The notes beneath the pieces are model-generated. The model did not search any database and was not told the DNA's origin. It saw only the letters and a list, made by a program, of their open reading frames with translations. From Patescibacteria group bacterium (GTDB lineage Bacteria > Patescibacteriota > Patescibacteriia > JAXHNJ01): a stretch of 64,000 nucleotides of DNA. The stretch covers positions 16,111-80,110 of the forward strand of contig JBDRMK010000011.1 in assembly GCA_043812155.1 (NCBI GenBank), given 5' to 3'. The translations under genes were made by a program, and so were the position numbers. Below are positions 38,424 through 46,877 of the stretch, piece after piece (the stretch's first letter is position 1; each line of letters begins with the position of its first letter).

Positions 38424-39815
38424 ATGGATATCAATAGATCTAAAAAAATTCATTTTGTGGGCATCTGCGGTATCGGCCTTTCCGGGTTAGCCACTATTTG
38501 TTTAGAAATTGGCAAAATAGTCAGCGGATCGGATATTTCCGAATCAATCGTAACCGAAGGATTGCGGAAAGCCGGCGCGAAAATTATCATCGGCAAACAA
38601 AAAGAAAGCAATGTGCCGGATGATATTGATCTATTAGTCTATTCCAATGCCGTGCCAAAAGACAATCCGGAAAGAAAGAAAGCCGTTAAAATGGGAGTGG
38701 ATCAATTAAGCTATCCGCAAGCTTTAGGTCAGCTCACCCGCGACAAGAAATTGATCTGCATTTCCGGCACTCACGGCAAAACCACGACCACAGCCATGGC
38801 GGTTTCGGTCTTCAAAGCGGCCGGTTTTGACGCTTCATTTATCGTCGGCTCTTATCTGCAAGAAATCGGCGGCAATGCCCATTGGGGTCAAAGCGAATAT
38901 TTTATCATTGAAGCCGATGAATACAGCCGGGCCATGCTGAATTATTTTCCAGATTATCTTATTTTGACCAATATTGAGGCCGATCATTTGGACACTTATA
39001 AAAATATCAATGACATAAAAGATACATTCAGAAAATATTTAAGCAATCTAAGCGGTTCAGGCGCTTTAGTCGCCAACATTGAGGACAAGAACATAAAAGA
39101 AATTTCAAGCGCTTGCCAGGCGAAAATATTATATTACGGCCTGAAGCATGGCGATATCAAGCCGGCCTGGCTTGCTTCCGCGAAAAAAGGCTGTTCATTC
39201 GGCCTTGGCAAGATACAAATTAACTTATCCGTACCGGGCTTGCATAACGTATCCAACGCTTTAGGGGTGTTCGCCTTGGCCAAGTCTTTGGGTATTGAAG
39301 AAAAATTAATAAAAAAGGGTTTGGAGGATTTTAAAGGGACCTGGCGCCGTTTTGAACATATCGGCGATTTCAATAATCTGCCCGTAATTTCCGACTACGC
39401 CCATCATCCCACCGAGATCAGGGCTTTACTGTCCGCGGCCAGACAAGTGTATCCGAAAAAAAGAATCGTCATTATTTTCCAACCCCACCAGCATAACCGC
39501 ACCAAAAATTTATTCAAGGAATTTACCAAATGCTTTGATCAGGCGGATCTGATTATTCTTAATGAGATTTTTGACGTGGCCGGAAGGGAAGGCGGCGACG
39601 ATCAGGATGTTTCTTCGCAAGATCTGGTCAGAGAGATTAAAAAAAGGAACCGCTGGCGCTTATTTTTTGAAAAGTTTAAAAAGGAGGTTTATTACGCCAA
39701 GGATTTGAAAGAGTCCGAAGAGATGATCCGGAAGATGGCAAAAAGAAAAGACGTGTTACTGATCGCCGGCGCGGGCGAGATTTATAAAGTGGGGAAAAAG
39801 CTTACAAATAGTTAA
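38424..39815 (+). CDS. murC: UDP-N-acetylmuramate--L-alanine ligase
   Basis: 'HFVGICGIG', 'GTHGKTTTT', 'EADE', 'DYAHHPTEI', 'FQPH'. Confidence 0.96.
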   Translation: MDINRSKKIHFVGICGIGLSGLATICLEIGKIVSGSDISESIVTEGLRKAGAKIIIGKQKESNVPDDIDLLVYSNAVPKDNPERKKAVKMGVDQLSYPQALGQLTRDKKLICISGTHGKTTTTAMAVSVFKAAGFDASFIVGSYLQEIGGNAHWGQSEYFIIEADEYSRAMLNYFPDYLILTNIEADHLDTYKNINDIKDTFRKYLSNLSGSGALVANIEDKNIKEISSACQAKILYYGLKHGDIKPAWLASAKKGCSFGLGKIQINLSVPGLHNVSNALGVFALAKSLGIEEKLIKKGLEDFKGTWRRFEHIGDFNNLPVISDYAHHPTEIRALLSAARQVYPKKRIVIIFQPHQHNRTKNLFKEFTKCFDQADLIILNEIFDVAGREGGDDQDVSSQDLVREIKKRNRWRLFFEKFKKEVYYAKDLKESEEMIRKMAKRKDVLLIAGAGEIYKVGKKLTNS

Positions 39816-39816
39816 C

Positions 39817-39904
39817 TGTCATTCCGGACTTGGTCCGGAATCTCATATATGATAATGAGATCCTGAGACCACGCCAGAGGCGGGCAGGCAAGTTCAGGAT
39901 GACA
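39817..39904. repeat. TGTCATTCCGG...CAGGATGACA palindromic repeat with a nested 20-nt GC insert
   Basis: Terminal inverted repeat TGTCATTCCGGACTTG / CAAGTTCAGGATGACA; insert CCACGCCAGAGGCGGGCAGG at 39869-39888. Confidence 0.8.
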
Positions 39905-39912
39905 AATAAAAA

Positions 39913-40647
39913 ATGACGAATAAAAGAAAAATATATATCGGCACTTCCGGCTGGCAGTATAAACACTGGTACGAGGTTTTTTATCCGGAAGACGTTAAGT
40001 CTGATGGCTTGCTCCAATATTACAGCCAGCATTTTAAGAGCGTGGAATTAAACGCTTCTTTTTATCATTTGCCGAAACCGGAAGTTTTTCAAGGCTGGTA
40101 CAAAAAAACTCCGAATGACTTTCTTTTTAGCGTCAAAGCCAGTCGTTATATCACCCATATTAAAAAATTAAGAGACTTTGAAGAGGGCGGGACGCGATTT
40201 ATTGAGGCCGCCAAGGAATTAAAAGAAAAGCTGGGCCCTATCCTTTTCCAATTGCCGCCTTTTTTAAAAGCGAATAAAGAAGTTCTAGAAACGGCTATAA
40301 AAATATTGCCAAAAGATTATAAATACGCTTTTGAATTCCGGCATGGAAGCTGGTTTACACCGGAGATTTATGATATTCTGAAAAAGCATAATGTCGCTTT
40401 AGTGATGGCGGATTCCCCAAATTTTCCTTTGAAAAAAGAAATCACCGCCGACTTTATTTATCTTCGCTTTCATGGTTCAAAAAGTCTGTACGGTTCAAAA
40501 TATACGGAAGAAGAATTAAACTCCTGGGCCAAAGACATTATGGCTTGGCAAAAGCAGGGGATGGATATATACGCTTATTTCAACAATGACGCGGAAGGGT
40601 ATGCGGTGGAAAACGCAAAGCAGTTAGAAAATTTATTGTCACCCTGA
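39913..40647 (+). CDS. DUF72 (YecE/YunF-like) protein
   Basis: 'IGTSGWQY', 'VELNASFY', 'FSVKA', 'LFQLPP', 'FEFRH', 'YLRFHG', 'YFNND'. Confidence 0.93.
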   Translation: MTNKRKIYIGTSGWQYKHWYEVFYPEDVKSDGLLQYYSQHFKSVELNASFYHLPKPEVFQGWYKKTPNDFLFSVKASRYITHIKKLRDFEEGGTRFIEAAKELKEKLGPILFQLPPFLKANKEVLETAIKILPKDYKYAFEFRHGSWFTPEIYDILKKHNVALVMADSPNFPLKKEITADFIYLRFHGSKSLYGSKYTEEELNSWAKDIMAWQKQGMDIYAYFNNDAEGYAVENAKQLENLLSP

Positions 40648-40736
40648 GGTGCGCAGCCTCGAAGGGTGACCTATTAAGAAAATTACTGCTATACTTCGAG
40701 GTCATTCGCTGCCGCTCATGACACCTCATTATGACA
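40637..40736. repeat. TGTCACCCTGAGG...CCTCATTATGACA palindromic repeat overlapping the DUF72 stop codon
   Basis: Two GAGG/CCTC hairpin halves in inverted arrangement, bounded by TGTCA and TGACA. Confidence 0.75.
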
Positions 40737-40744
40737 GTTTGCGG

Positions 40745-40795
40745 GGAAGGGCGGTGGAAAATGCACGGAAGATGATTGAGATATTGAGCTATTAA
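40745..40795 (+). pseudogene. Stranded copy of a diverged DUF72 3' end
   Basis: GRAVENARKMIEILSY* versus gene end GYAVENAKQLENLLSP*; same length to the stop codon. Confidence 0.7.
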
Positions 40796-40813
40796 AATAT
40801 TAAATTTTTATTC

Positions 40814-40842
40814 TTGACGACTAAATACATATCCATTAAGAT
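40814..40842 (+). promoter_or_regulatory. Sigma70 promoter of the small-ORF operon
   Basis: TTGACG-17 bp-TAAGAT. Confidence 0.65.
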
Positions 40843-40889
40843 AACGGAATAATCAGAATTTTGCACCTTATCAACGCGGGAGGAAAATC

Positions 40890-41135
40890 ATGGCTATTGA
40901 GGATGTTAAATGGGCGATATGGATGGCTGCTGCAATGGCGAGAGGCAAAGAATATAATGGCAAATTCCATCCTCCTTGGCAGGTAACGCCTCGTCATATG
41001 CAGTTGGGTTGTGATTACGATTTTGCTGCCCTTCTCAGCGCTCAGGGTTATAAGGAATTGAAGGCTTTCAAGGCACGCGTGGCCAAAATAAAAGAAAGAC
41101 ACGTGCGGGAAAGGTTGACCGAAAGCGGCAAATAG
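40890..41135 (+). CDS. Orphan small basic protein 1 (81 aa)
   Basis: SD GGGAGG 7 nt before ATG; promoter upstream. Confidence 0.7.
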   Translation: MAIEDVKWAIWMAAAMARGKEYNGKFHPPWQVTPRHMQLGCDYDFAALLSAQGYKELKAFKARVAKIKERHVRERLTESGK

Positions 41136-41150
41136 CTCTGGAGGTCGGAG

Positions 41151-41336
41151 ATGTCCAAATTCGTCTGGTCGGCACCCGAGAACACATTTTTTGACCATTT
41201 TGATGAAAATGGTAACCGTCTATTTTCCGAATCACGAATTTTCGGCCGACAGGACAGACGGATTTCAGCCGGTGAATGGAGAAAATTTCTCAAAAGGCTT
41301 CAAACCCTGAAAGCGAGAATAGCCAAGAGGCGTTAA
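41151..41336 (+). CDS. Orphan small basic protein 2 (61 aa)
   Basis: SD GGAGGT; starts 15 nt after the previous stop. Confidence 0.68.
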   Translation: MSKFVWSAPENTFFDHFDENGNRLFSESRIFGRQDRRISAGEWRKFLKRLQTLKARIAKRR

Positions 41337-41368
41337 AATCTGTATTCATTCAACAGTAGGAGGGAACT

Positions 41369-41548
41369 ATGCCCATTATTGAAACGTCATCAGGCGAAAA
41401 ATTGATTGTCTTCCAAGGCGAGTCGCGGAGAACAGAACTTATTTGCGACGAGGCATTACAGGATGCTTTGCGCGGCGAACATGGCGATTACGCTCCTTTC
41501 AAAGAATTCCTGCGAAGAATGCGGAGGTTAAGACTGTCTCAGACTTGA
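41369..41548 (+). CDS. Orphan small protein 3 (59 aa, absent from the ORF track)
   Basis: SD AGGAGG; MPIIETSSGEKLIVFQGESRRTELICDEALQDALRGEHGDYAPFKEFLRRMRRLRLSQT*; terminator follows. Confidence 0.65.
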   Translation: MPIIETSSGEKLIVFQGESRRTELICDEALQDALRGEHGDYAPFKEFLRRMRRLRLSQT

Positions 41549-41586
41549 GATGGCCGAAAAACCAGATTGTTCATCATTCGTTAATC

Positions 41587-41609
41587 GAGCGCTTCGGCGC
41601 TCTTTTTTT
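41587..41609 (+). terminator. Intrinsic terminator with a C(UUCG)G loop
   Basis: GAGCGC-TTCG-GCGCTC-TTTTTTT. Confidence 0.85.
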
Positions 41610-41637
41610 ATTCCAAAATTTTGTTATAATGATTTTA

Positions 41638-42507
41638 ATGAGCAATATATCAAATGTACAACAAAACATTCCTCTTGCCCCTTACACTACCTTTAAAATC
41701 GGCGGGCCGGCGAAGTTTTTTGCGGTAGTTAAAAATGAAGGGGAAATAATTGAAAGCTTGAAATGGACTAAAGAAAACAAGCAGCCATATTTTATTCTCG
41801 GACACGGAGCCAATATTTTGGTAAGCGATAAGGGGTTTGACGGATTGGTGATTAAAAATGAGATGAGGAGATTAGAGATTAGGGATGAGGAGGTGACAGC
41901 TGACTCCGGCGTAGTGCTTTCAGAGTTGATTGGAAAATGCGCGAGTATGGGTTTGAGCGGCCTGGAATTTTTGGCCGGCGTGCCTTCCACTCTCGGCGGC
42001 GCGATTTTTGGAAACGCGGGGGCGCCGGAAAAAGCGATTGGTAATTTTGTGGTGAGCGCAAGAATTTTGGATAAAGGGTTTAAAGTAAAAGTGCTTAGCA
42101 AGAGTGAATGCGGATTTGGCTATCGCCAGAGTGTTTTTCAAAGTAACGAACTTATTGTTTTGTCGGCCGCTTTAAAAATGGAAAAAGGCAACACCGAAAA
42201 AATCATAGAAAGCATAAAAAATTTGATGCTTAAGAAAAAGGAAACGCAGGACTTGGAGAATCCTTCCGCCGGCTGCGTGTTTAAAAATGCCGATGGATAT
42301 TCCGCCGGCCAGCTGATTGATGAGCTGGGCCTTAAGGGTAAAAAGATCGGGCAGGCGCAAGTTTCGGAGAAGCACGCCAATTACATTATCAATTTAGGCG
42401 GAGCCACCGCAGACCACGTGGTCCAGCTGATAAGTTTTATTAAACAGCAAGTGCGGGATAAAAAAGGCGTGCAACTCCAGGAAGAAATAAAATACATCGG
42501 ATTTTAA
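41638..42507 (+). CDS. murB: UDP-N-acetylenolpyruvoylglucosamine reductase
   Basis: 'TTFKIGGPA', 'GLEFLAGVP', 'GNAGA', 'FGYRQS', 'PSAGCVFKN', 'SEKHANY'; start placed at MSNIS. Confidence 0.95.
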   Translation: MSNISNVQQNIPLAPYTTFKIGGPAKFFAVVKNEGEIIESLKWTKENKQPYFILGHGANILVSDKGFDGLVIKNEMRRLEIRDEEVTADSGVVLSELIGKCASMGLSGLEFLAGVPSTLGGAIFGNAGAPEKAIGNFVVSARILDKGFKVKVLSKSECGFGYRQSVFQSNELIVLSAALKMEKGNTEKIIESIKNLMLKKKETQDLENPSAGCVFKNADGYSAGQLIDELGLKGKKIGQAQVSEKHANYIINLGGATADHVVQLISFIKQQVRDKKGVQLQEEIKYIGF

Positions 42508-42514
42508 AAGTCGA

Positions 42515-42565
42515 GACACTTCGGTGCGATTCAGTGTCAACCCTTCGGCGCGGCTCAGGGTTGAC
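42515..42565. repeat. Tandem 'CTTCGG..GCTCAG' hairpin repeats
   Basis: GACAC-TTCGGTGCGATTCA-GTGTC overlapping GTCAACCC-TTCGGCGCGGCTCA-GGGTTGAC. Confidence 0.65.
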
Positions 42566-42793
42566 ATTTTTTTATAATTGATTTTTTTACTAAAATAAGC
42601 TAAAATAAAAAAGAACTGATTGAAATAAATAGTTGAAACTTATTAGAAATTTTTTTTAAAAAAGTTTTATTATTTCATTTTTTTGGCTCTACGTACTGAA
42701 AAATATAAAATTACATAAATAATAAAAAAAATTATTTAAATTCTAAAAATAATATTTAAAACAATAAAATTGAAATATTTTTGCCAAAATAAG

Positions 42794-42802
42794 TTATCCA
42801 CA
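42794..42802 (+). promoter_or_regulatory. Perfect DnaA box at the end of a very AT-rich intergenic region of about 230 bp
   Basis: TTATCCACA, inside the palindrome TTATCC-ACA-GGATAA. Confidence 0.4.
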
Positions 42803-42825
42803 GGATAAATCGAGGAATTAATAAT

Positions 42826-44430
42826 ATGCCAATCTTAGGTGTCCGTTACGGACAAAAAGTCTTGGTCAGCGAGCAGGAAAGCAAGCCAAACGGCAGTCCG
42901 GCTTCTAAAAATGAGGAGAAAAAAGAGGCGGCAGCTAAGCCTGATGAGAAAAAAAATGAAATAAAAGGCAAGGAAGCGCCTTTGGCGAAAAAGAACGGCG
43001 AGGTAAAAAAAGAGGTGAAGGAAGTTGACGGCCGAAATTTGCCGAATGAAAAGAACTTCGCTTCTTTGCGAAAATTCAAAAAGTTCTGGAAGCTCGGGAT
43101 TCAGGAGCTGAATACCGAGTACTTTGATATAAACCAGGACGGGATACTGACCGTGAAAGAGGGGAATAATCAGTATAATATCAAGCAGCTGGTGGATAAA
43201 TACGGCTCGCCGGTGGAAATATACTTTCCTTTTATCCTTGAGGAAAGACTGACCAGCATCATCGATCTGTTTAATTTTTACATCAAATACTTCAAGTATC
43301 GCGGAAAATTCTTTTATCATTATCCGATGAAGGTCAATCAGAACAAGGAGATCATCCTGCCGATCGTCAGCGAAGGCGCCAACCTGGAGGCCAGCTCATA
43401 CAATGAATTATACCTGGTAAAAAAACTCTGGGAGCAGGGGAGCTTTCACGAAAAAATCCGCGTCATTTGCAACGGGCCGAAAACGGAAAAATATCTGGCT
43501 TTAATAGAGGAGTTAAGAAGCAATAATCTATCCATCATCCCGATCATTGAAGACGATAAGGAGCTGGAATTTCTGCAAAAATACAAAGGTGACGTCGGCA
43601 TCCGAGTGGATTTAAGGACGAAGGTGCATTCCTATTGGGATAAGAAGATTAATCGTTACGGTTTTTCCGAGGAAGAGATAAAAAAAATTGGAAAAGTCAG
43701 AAACTTAAAGATTCTTCATTATCATTTAGGTTCGCAGATAGAATATTTAGACGATATTTTTAATTCCGTTAAAAAGGGGATGGAGGTATACGTTCAACTG
43801 AAAAAGAAAAATCCAAGCCTAGACACTTTAGATATCGGCGGCGGACTGCCCATCCCATACGAACGGAAAAAACATTACAGCATTGATAGCCTGGTGAGGA
43901 GAATTATCCGTCATCTTGATTCGGTCGCGGACCAGAAAAAAATACCGCCGCCGGACATCATTTGCGAATGGGGCCGCTTTGTCGCCGCGCCGGCGCAGAT
44001 GACTATTTTTAAAATTTTGTCTTCAAAGCCGATTCCCAAAGGCAACGCCAAAGCCTGGTATGTCATCGACGGGAGTTTTATGAATGATTTAATGGATACT
44101 TGGGCCATCCACCAGTGCTGGCATGTTCTGCCGGTCAATCATCTGAACGCCAGCAAACTCAGCCGTTGCTGGCTGGCGGGCTTGAGCTGCGATACCGATG
44201 ATAAATATATCGCTCATGGCCATTATGTTTTATTGCCGAAATTATCCAATTTGGCGGAAGGAGAGAGTCTCTATGTCGCTTTTCTTGACACCGGCGCCTA
44301 TCAGAACGCGTTGGCTTCACACCATTGTCTTCTTTCCTGGCCGGCCAGGCTCTTGGCGCAGAACGGCGAAGTAAGGCAGATCCGCCGTCATGAAACACCG
44401 GATGACGTGGGAAAAATATACGGCTGGTAA
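42826..44430 (+). CDS. speA: Arginine decarboxylase-like enzyme (alanine-racemase fold, group IV)
   Basis: PLP lysine in 'YPMKVNQ', 'CNGPK', 'HYHLGSQI', 'DIGGGL', 'EWGR', 'SCDTD', 'TGAYQ'; in an operon with agmatinase. Confidence 0.85.
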   Translation: MPILGVRYGQKVLVSEQESKPNGSPASKNEEKKEAAAKPDEKKNEIKGKEAPLAKKNGEVKKEVKEVDGRNLPNEKNFASLRKFKKFWKLGIQELNTEYFDINQDGILTVKEGNNQYNIKQLVDKYGSPVEIYFPFILEERLTSIIDLFNFYIKYFKYRGKFFYHYPMKVNQNKEIILPIVSEGANLEASSYNELYLVKKLWEQGSFHEKIRVICNGPKTEKYLALIEELRSNNLSIIPIIEDDKELEFLQKYKGDVGIRVDLRTKVHSYWDKKINRYGFSEEEIKKIGKVRNLKILHYHLGSQIEYLDDIFNSVKKGMEVYVQLKKKNPSLDTLDIGGGLPIPYERKKHYSIDSLVRRIIRHLDSVADQKKIPPPDIICEWGRFVAAPAQMTIFKILSSKPIPKGNAKAWYVIDGSFMNDLMDTWAIHQCWHVLPVNHLNASKLSRCWLAGLSCDTDDKYIAHGHYVLLPKLSNLAEGESLYVAFLDTGAYQNALASHHCLLSWPARLLAQNGEVRQIRRHETPDDVGKIYGW

Positions 44431-44444
44431 TTAATATACTATTT

Positions 44445-45581
44445 ATGGTTAATGCCGAAAAAAAGAAAATATTAGGCGGCAAGCACGAGGCCAGAAACGG
44501 TTTTGCCGACGGTTTTATGCCTTTGGAATCCCTGGATCTCTCAAAAATAAAGGACGCGGACGAAATGCTGCAGGCAATGAGCAAGACTTCTTTTGCCGGC
44601 CGGGGCTTGGGCGAAGCGGCTGATGTTTTATATGAAATGATCACCGATCCCGATTGTTTCGTGGTGGCCACTTTTTCCGGGGCGATGACGGTGGCCAAAA
44701 TGAGTTTAGTGATCTGCGATATGATAGATTATGGTTTAATTAATGCAGTGGTTTCCACCGGTGCCTTGATGGCCCATGGTTTGGTGGAAACGACCGGCCA
44801 GACCCATTTTAAGTATAATTTTGAGTATAACGATGATGACCTGGGTTTTGCCGGTTATGACCGCGTATATGACACCCTGGAATTGGAAACGAATCTGGAT
44901 AATCTGGAAAATATTGTCCGCCAGGTTTTTACAAGTCTGTCCCCGGAAGAAAAAGTCAGCAGCCGCGTATTAAACGAAAAACTTGGTGAATATCTGATTA
45001 AGAAATCCAAGCAGCGGGGAATCGTTAAATCTGCCCGTGAGAAAAATGTTCCGATCTATATCCCGGCTTTTTCTGATTCTGAGTTGGGTCTTGATTTTGC
45101 CTTGTTCAACCGCCGGCAGAAAATTGACGGCAAAAAAACCTTGACCTTTGATCCTTTTCTTGATCTGGAACATTTCGCGGAAACGATCTTAAAACAGAAA
45201 AAAATCGGCATCTTTACCATCGGCGGCGGCGTGCCGCGCAATTGGGCCCAGCAAGTCGCCCCTTATCTTGATCTGATCCGTTACCGTATCGTCACGAATT
45301 CCGACCCGAAAAGATATTATGCTGATAAAAAAGACCCGTACATCAAAGAATACACTTACGGAGTAAGGATCTGCCCGGAGCCGGTTAATTGGGGCGGACT
45401 TTCCGGCTGCACTTATTCCGAAGGGGTTTCCTGGGGAAAATTCAAGGACCCGCGCAAAGGCGGGAAATTCGCCGAAGTCTTATGCGATGCCACCGCCGTC
45501 TGGCCTCTACTTGTAAAAGGAACTTTGGAAAGATTGAAAAAGAATAAGATAAAGATCAGCAAAAAAATTGAATACGCCTAA
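44445..45581 (+). CDS. Deoxyhypusine synthase-like protein (probable homospermidine synthase, SpeY-like)
   Basis: 'VSTGALMAH', 'PAFSDSELG', 'GGGVPRNW', 'WGGLSGCTYSEGVSWGK' with the catalytic Lys. Confidence 0.9.
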   Translation: MVNAEKKKILGGKHEARNGFADGFMPLESLDLSKIKDADEMLQAMSKTSFAGRGLGEAADVLYEMITDPDCFVVATFSGAMTVAKMSLVICDMIDYGLINAVVSTGALMAHGLVETTGQTHFKYNFEYNDDDLGFAGYDRVYDTLELETNLDNLENIVRQVFTSLSPEEKVSSRVLNEKLGEYLIKKSKQRGIVKSAREKNVPIYIPAFSDSELGLDFALFNRRQKIDGKKTLTFDPFLDLEHFAETILKQKKIGIFTIGGGVPRNWAQQVAPYLDLIRYRIVTNSDPKRYYADKKDPYIKEYTYGVRICPEPVNWGGLSGCTYSEGVSWGKFKDPRKGGKFAEVLCDATAVWPLLVKGTLERLKKNKIKISKKIEYA

Positions 45582-45588
45582 AATATTT

Positions 45589-46470
45589 ATGAAAAAACTA
45601 TACGAATTATATCCTTATAACTTCGGCCAGGTTTATGGCCAAAGTTTGGAAAAAGCAAAAATTTGCGTTATTCCGGTTCCTTATGAAGCCACGCTTTCTT
45701 ACCAGGCCGGCGCCGGAAGGGGTCCGGCTGCCATTATTGAAGCTTCGCGCCATCTTGATGAAATGTGGGATTCTTTGAAAGAAGGGGAGCTTTCTGGTTT
45801 TAAAACTTCGGATGTTTATACTTTTGATGAGGTTATTTTATCAAAAAATTCCGTCATAGAGGCTTTAAAATGTTTGGAGCAGTTTATCAGCGAAGAAGTG
45901 GTAAAGAAAGAAAAATTTCCCTTAGTATTAGGCGGCGAGCATTCACTGACTTTTCCGGCCGTTAAAGCGTTAAAAAGAAAATACAAAGATCTGTCCGTTC
46001 TTCATTTTGACGCGCATACTGATCTGCTTAACAGCTTTGAAGATTCAAAGTATAATCACGCCTGCGTTATGCGGAGAATTCATGAGTTAAATATAAAAAC
46101 CGTGTCCATCGGGATTCGCAATATAAATTACGCGGTCACAGATTATCTTAAAAAGAGGAGGTCAAAGAACGTATATTATATGCCGGAAATTCCCGGCTTA
46201 GAAAAGATATTAAAGGCATTGTCAAAAAACGTTTATCTCACTTTTGATCTTGACGCTTTTGATCCATCCATCATGCCTTCGGTCGGCACGCCGGAACCGG
46301 GCGGTCTTTTCTGGTGGCCGACCATTGAATTGCTGAATAAAATCATCCCAAAAGTGAATCTAGTCGGCGCGGACGTCATGGAATTAAAACCGATTCCGGG
46401 CCTGGAAGCCCCGAATTTTCTGGCCGCCAAACTCGTCTATCATATCATTAGAGCCAAATTAACTTCGTAA
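45589..46470 (+). CDS. speB: Agmatinase
   Basis: 'GGEHS', 'FDAHTD', 'TFDLDAFDPS..PSVGTPEPGG'; ATG at 45589 (the ORF track starts at TTG 45568). Confidence 0.92.
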   Translation: MKKLYELYPYNFGQVYGQSLEKAKICVIPVPYEATLSYQAGAGRGPAAIIEASRHLDEMWDSLKEGELSGFKTSDVYTFDEVILSKNSVIEALKCLEQFISEEVVKKEKFPLVLGGEHSLTFPAVKALKRKYKDLSVLHFDAHTDLLNSFEDSKYNHACVMRRIHELNIKTVSIGIRNINYAVTDYLKKRRSKNVYYMPEIPGLEKILKALSKNVYLTFDLDAFDPSIMPSVGTPEPGGLFWWPTIELLNKIIPKVNLVGADVMELKPIPGLEAPNFLAAKLVYHIIRAKLTS

Positions 46471-46850
46471 TGCTAACATTAAAAGAAAAAAAGAAAATAA
46501 AAGAATTTCACGGTCATATCGGGCCGTGGGTGGTCACTGGTTTTACTTTAGGAAAGCTGGCCAAAAAATATATAAAAGGCTTGAAAACAATAAATATCTT
46601 AAATCCTTTGTTTCCGCCGAAATCATGTTTGATTGATGGCTTACAGCTTTCTTCGGGACTGACCATCGGCCGCGGCGAAGTCAGATTAAAAAAAAGCCCT
46701 CAGTTAGTTATTACTTTTATTGGTCAGATTGACGAGATAAAAATCGTATTAAAAAGTGAAATGGTAAGAATAATTCAGGGTTTCGAGCATAATAATCTTA
46801 AAAAACTCTCATATTATATCGGCAACACTTATATAAAATTTTTTGAGTGA
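46470..46850 (+). CDS. FmdE-family protein
   Basis: 'FHGHIGP', 'SCLIDGLQ..SGLTIG'. Confidence 0.8.
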   Translation: MLTLKEKKKIKEFHGHIGPWVVTGFTLGKLAKKYIKGLKTINILNPLFPPKSCLIDGLQLSSGLTIGRGEVRLKKSPQLVITFIGQIDEIKIVLKSEMVRIIQGFEHNNLKKLSYYIGNTYIKFFE

Positions 46851-46877
46851 TAGATTTACTAATTAACGATTATAAAT

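Noticed and set aside
39781-39805. murC end (YKVGKKL) resembles the kbl tail (IKVGKKL)
   Set aside because: It is an in-frame part of MurC in an unrelated family; a short chance match.
40836-41293. Minus-strand ORFs of 120 and 81 aa
   Set aside because: They shadow plus-strand ORFs that have promoter, SD and terminator support.
41443-41637. 65-aa N-terminal extension of MurB in the ORF track
   Set aside because: It crosses a strong terminator and overlaps the SD-led ORF 41369-41548; MurB homology starts near 41638.
42566-42825. Replication origin
   Set aside because: Only one clear DnaA box and no dnaA/dnaN context; kept only as a low-interest note.
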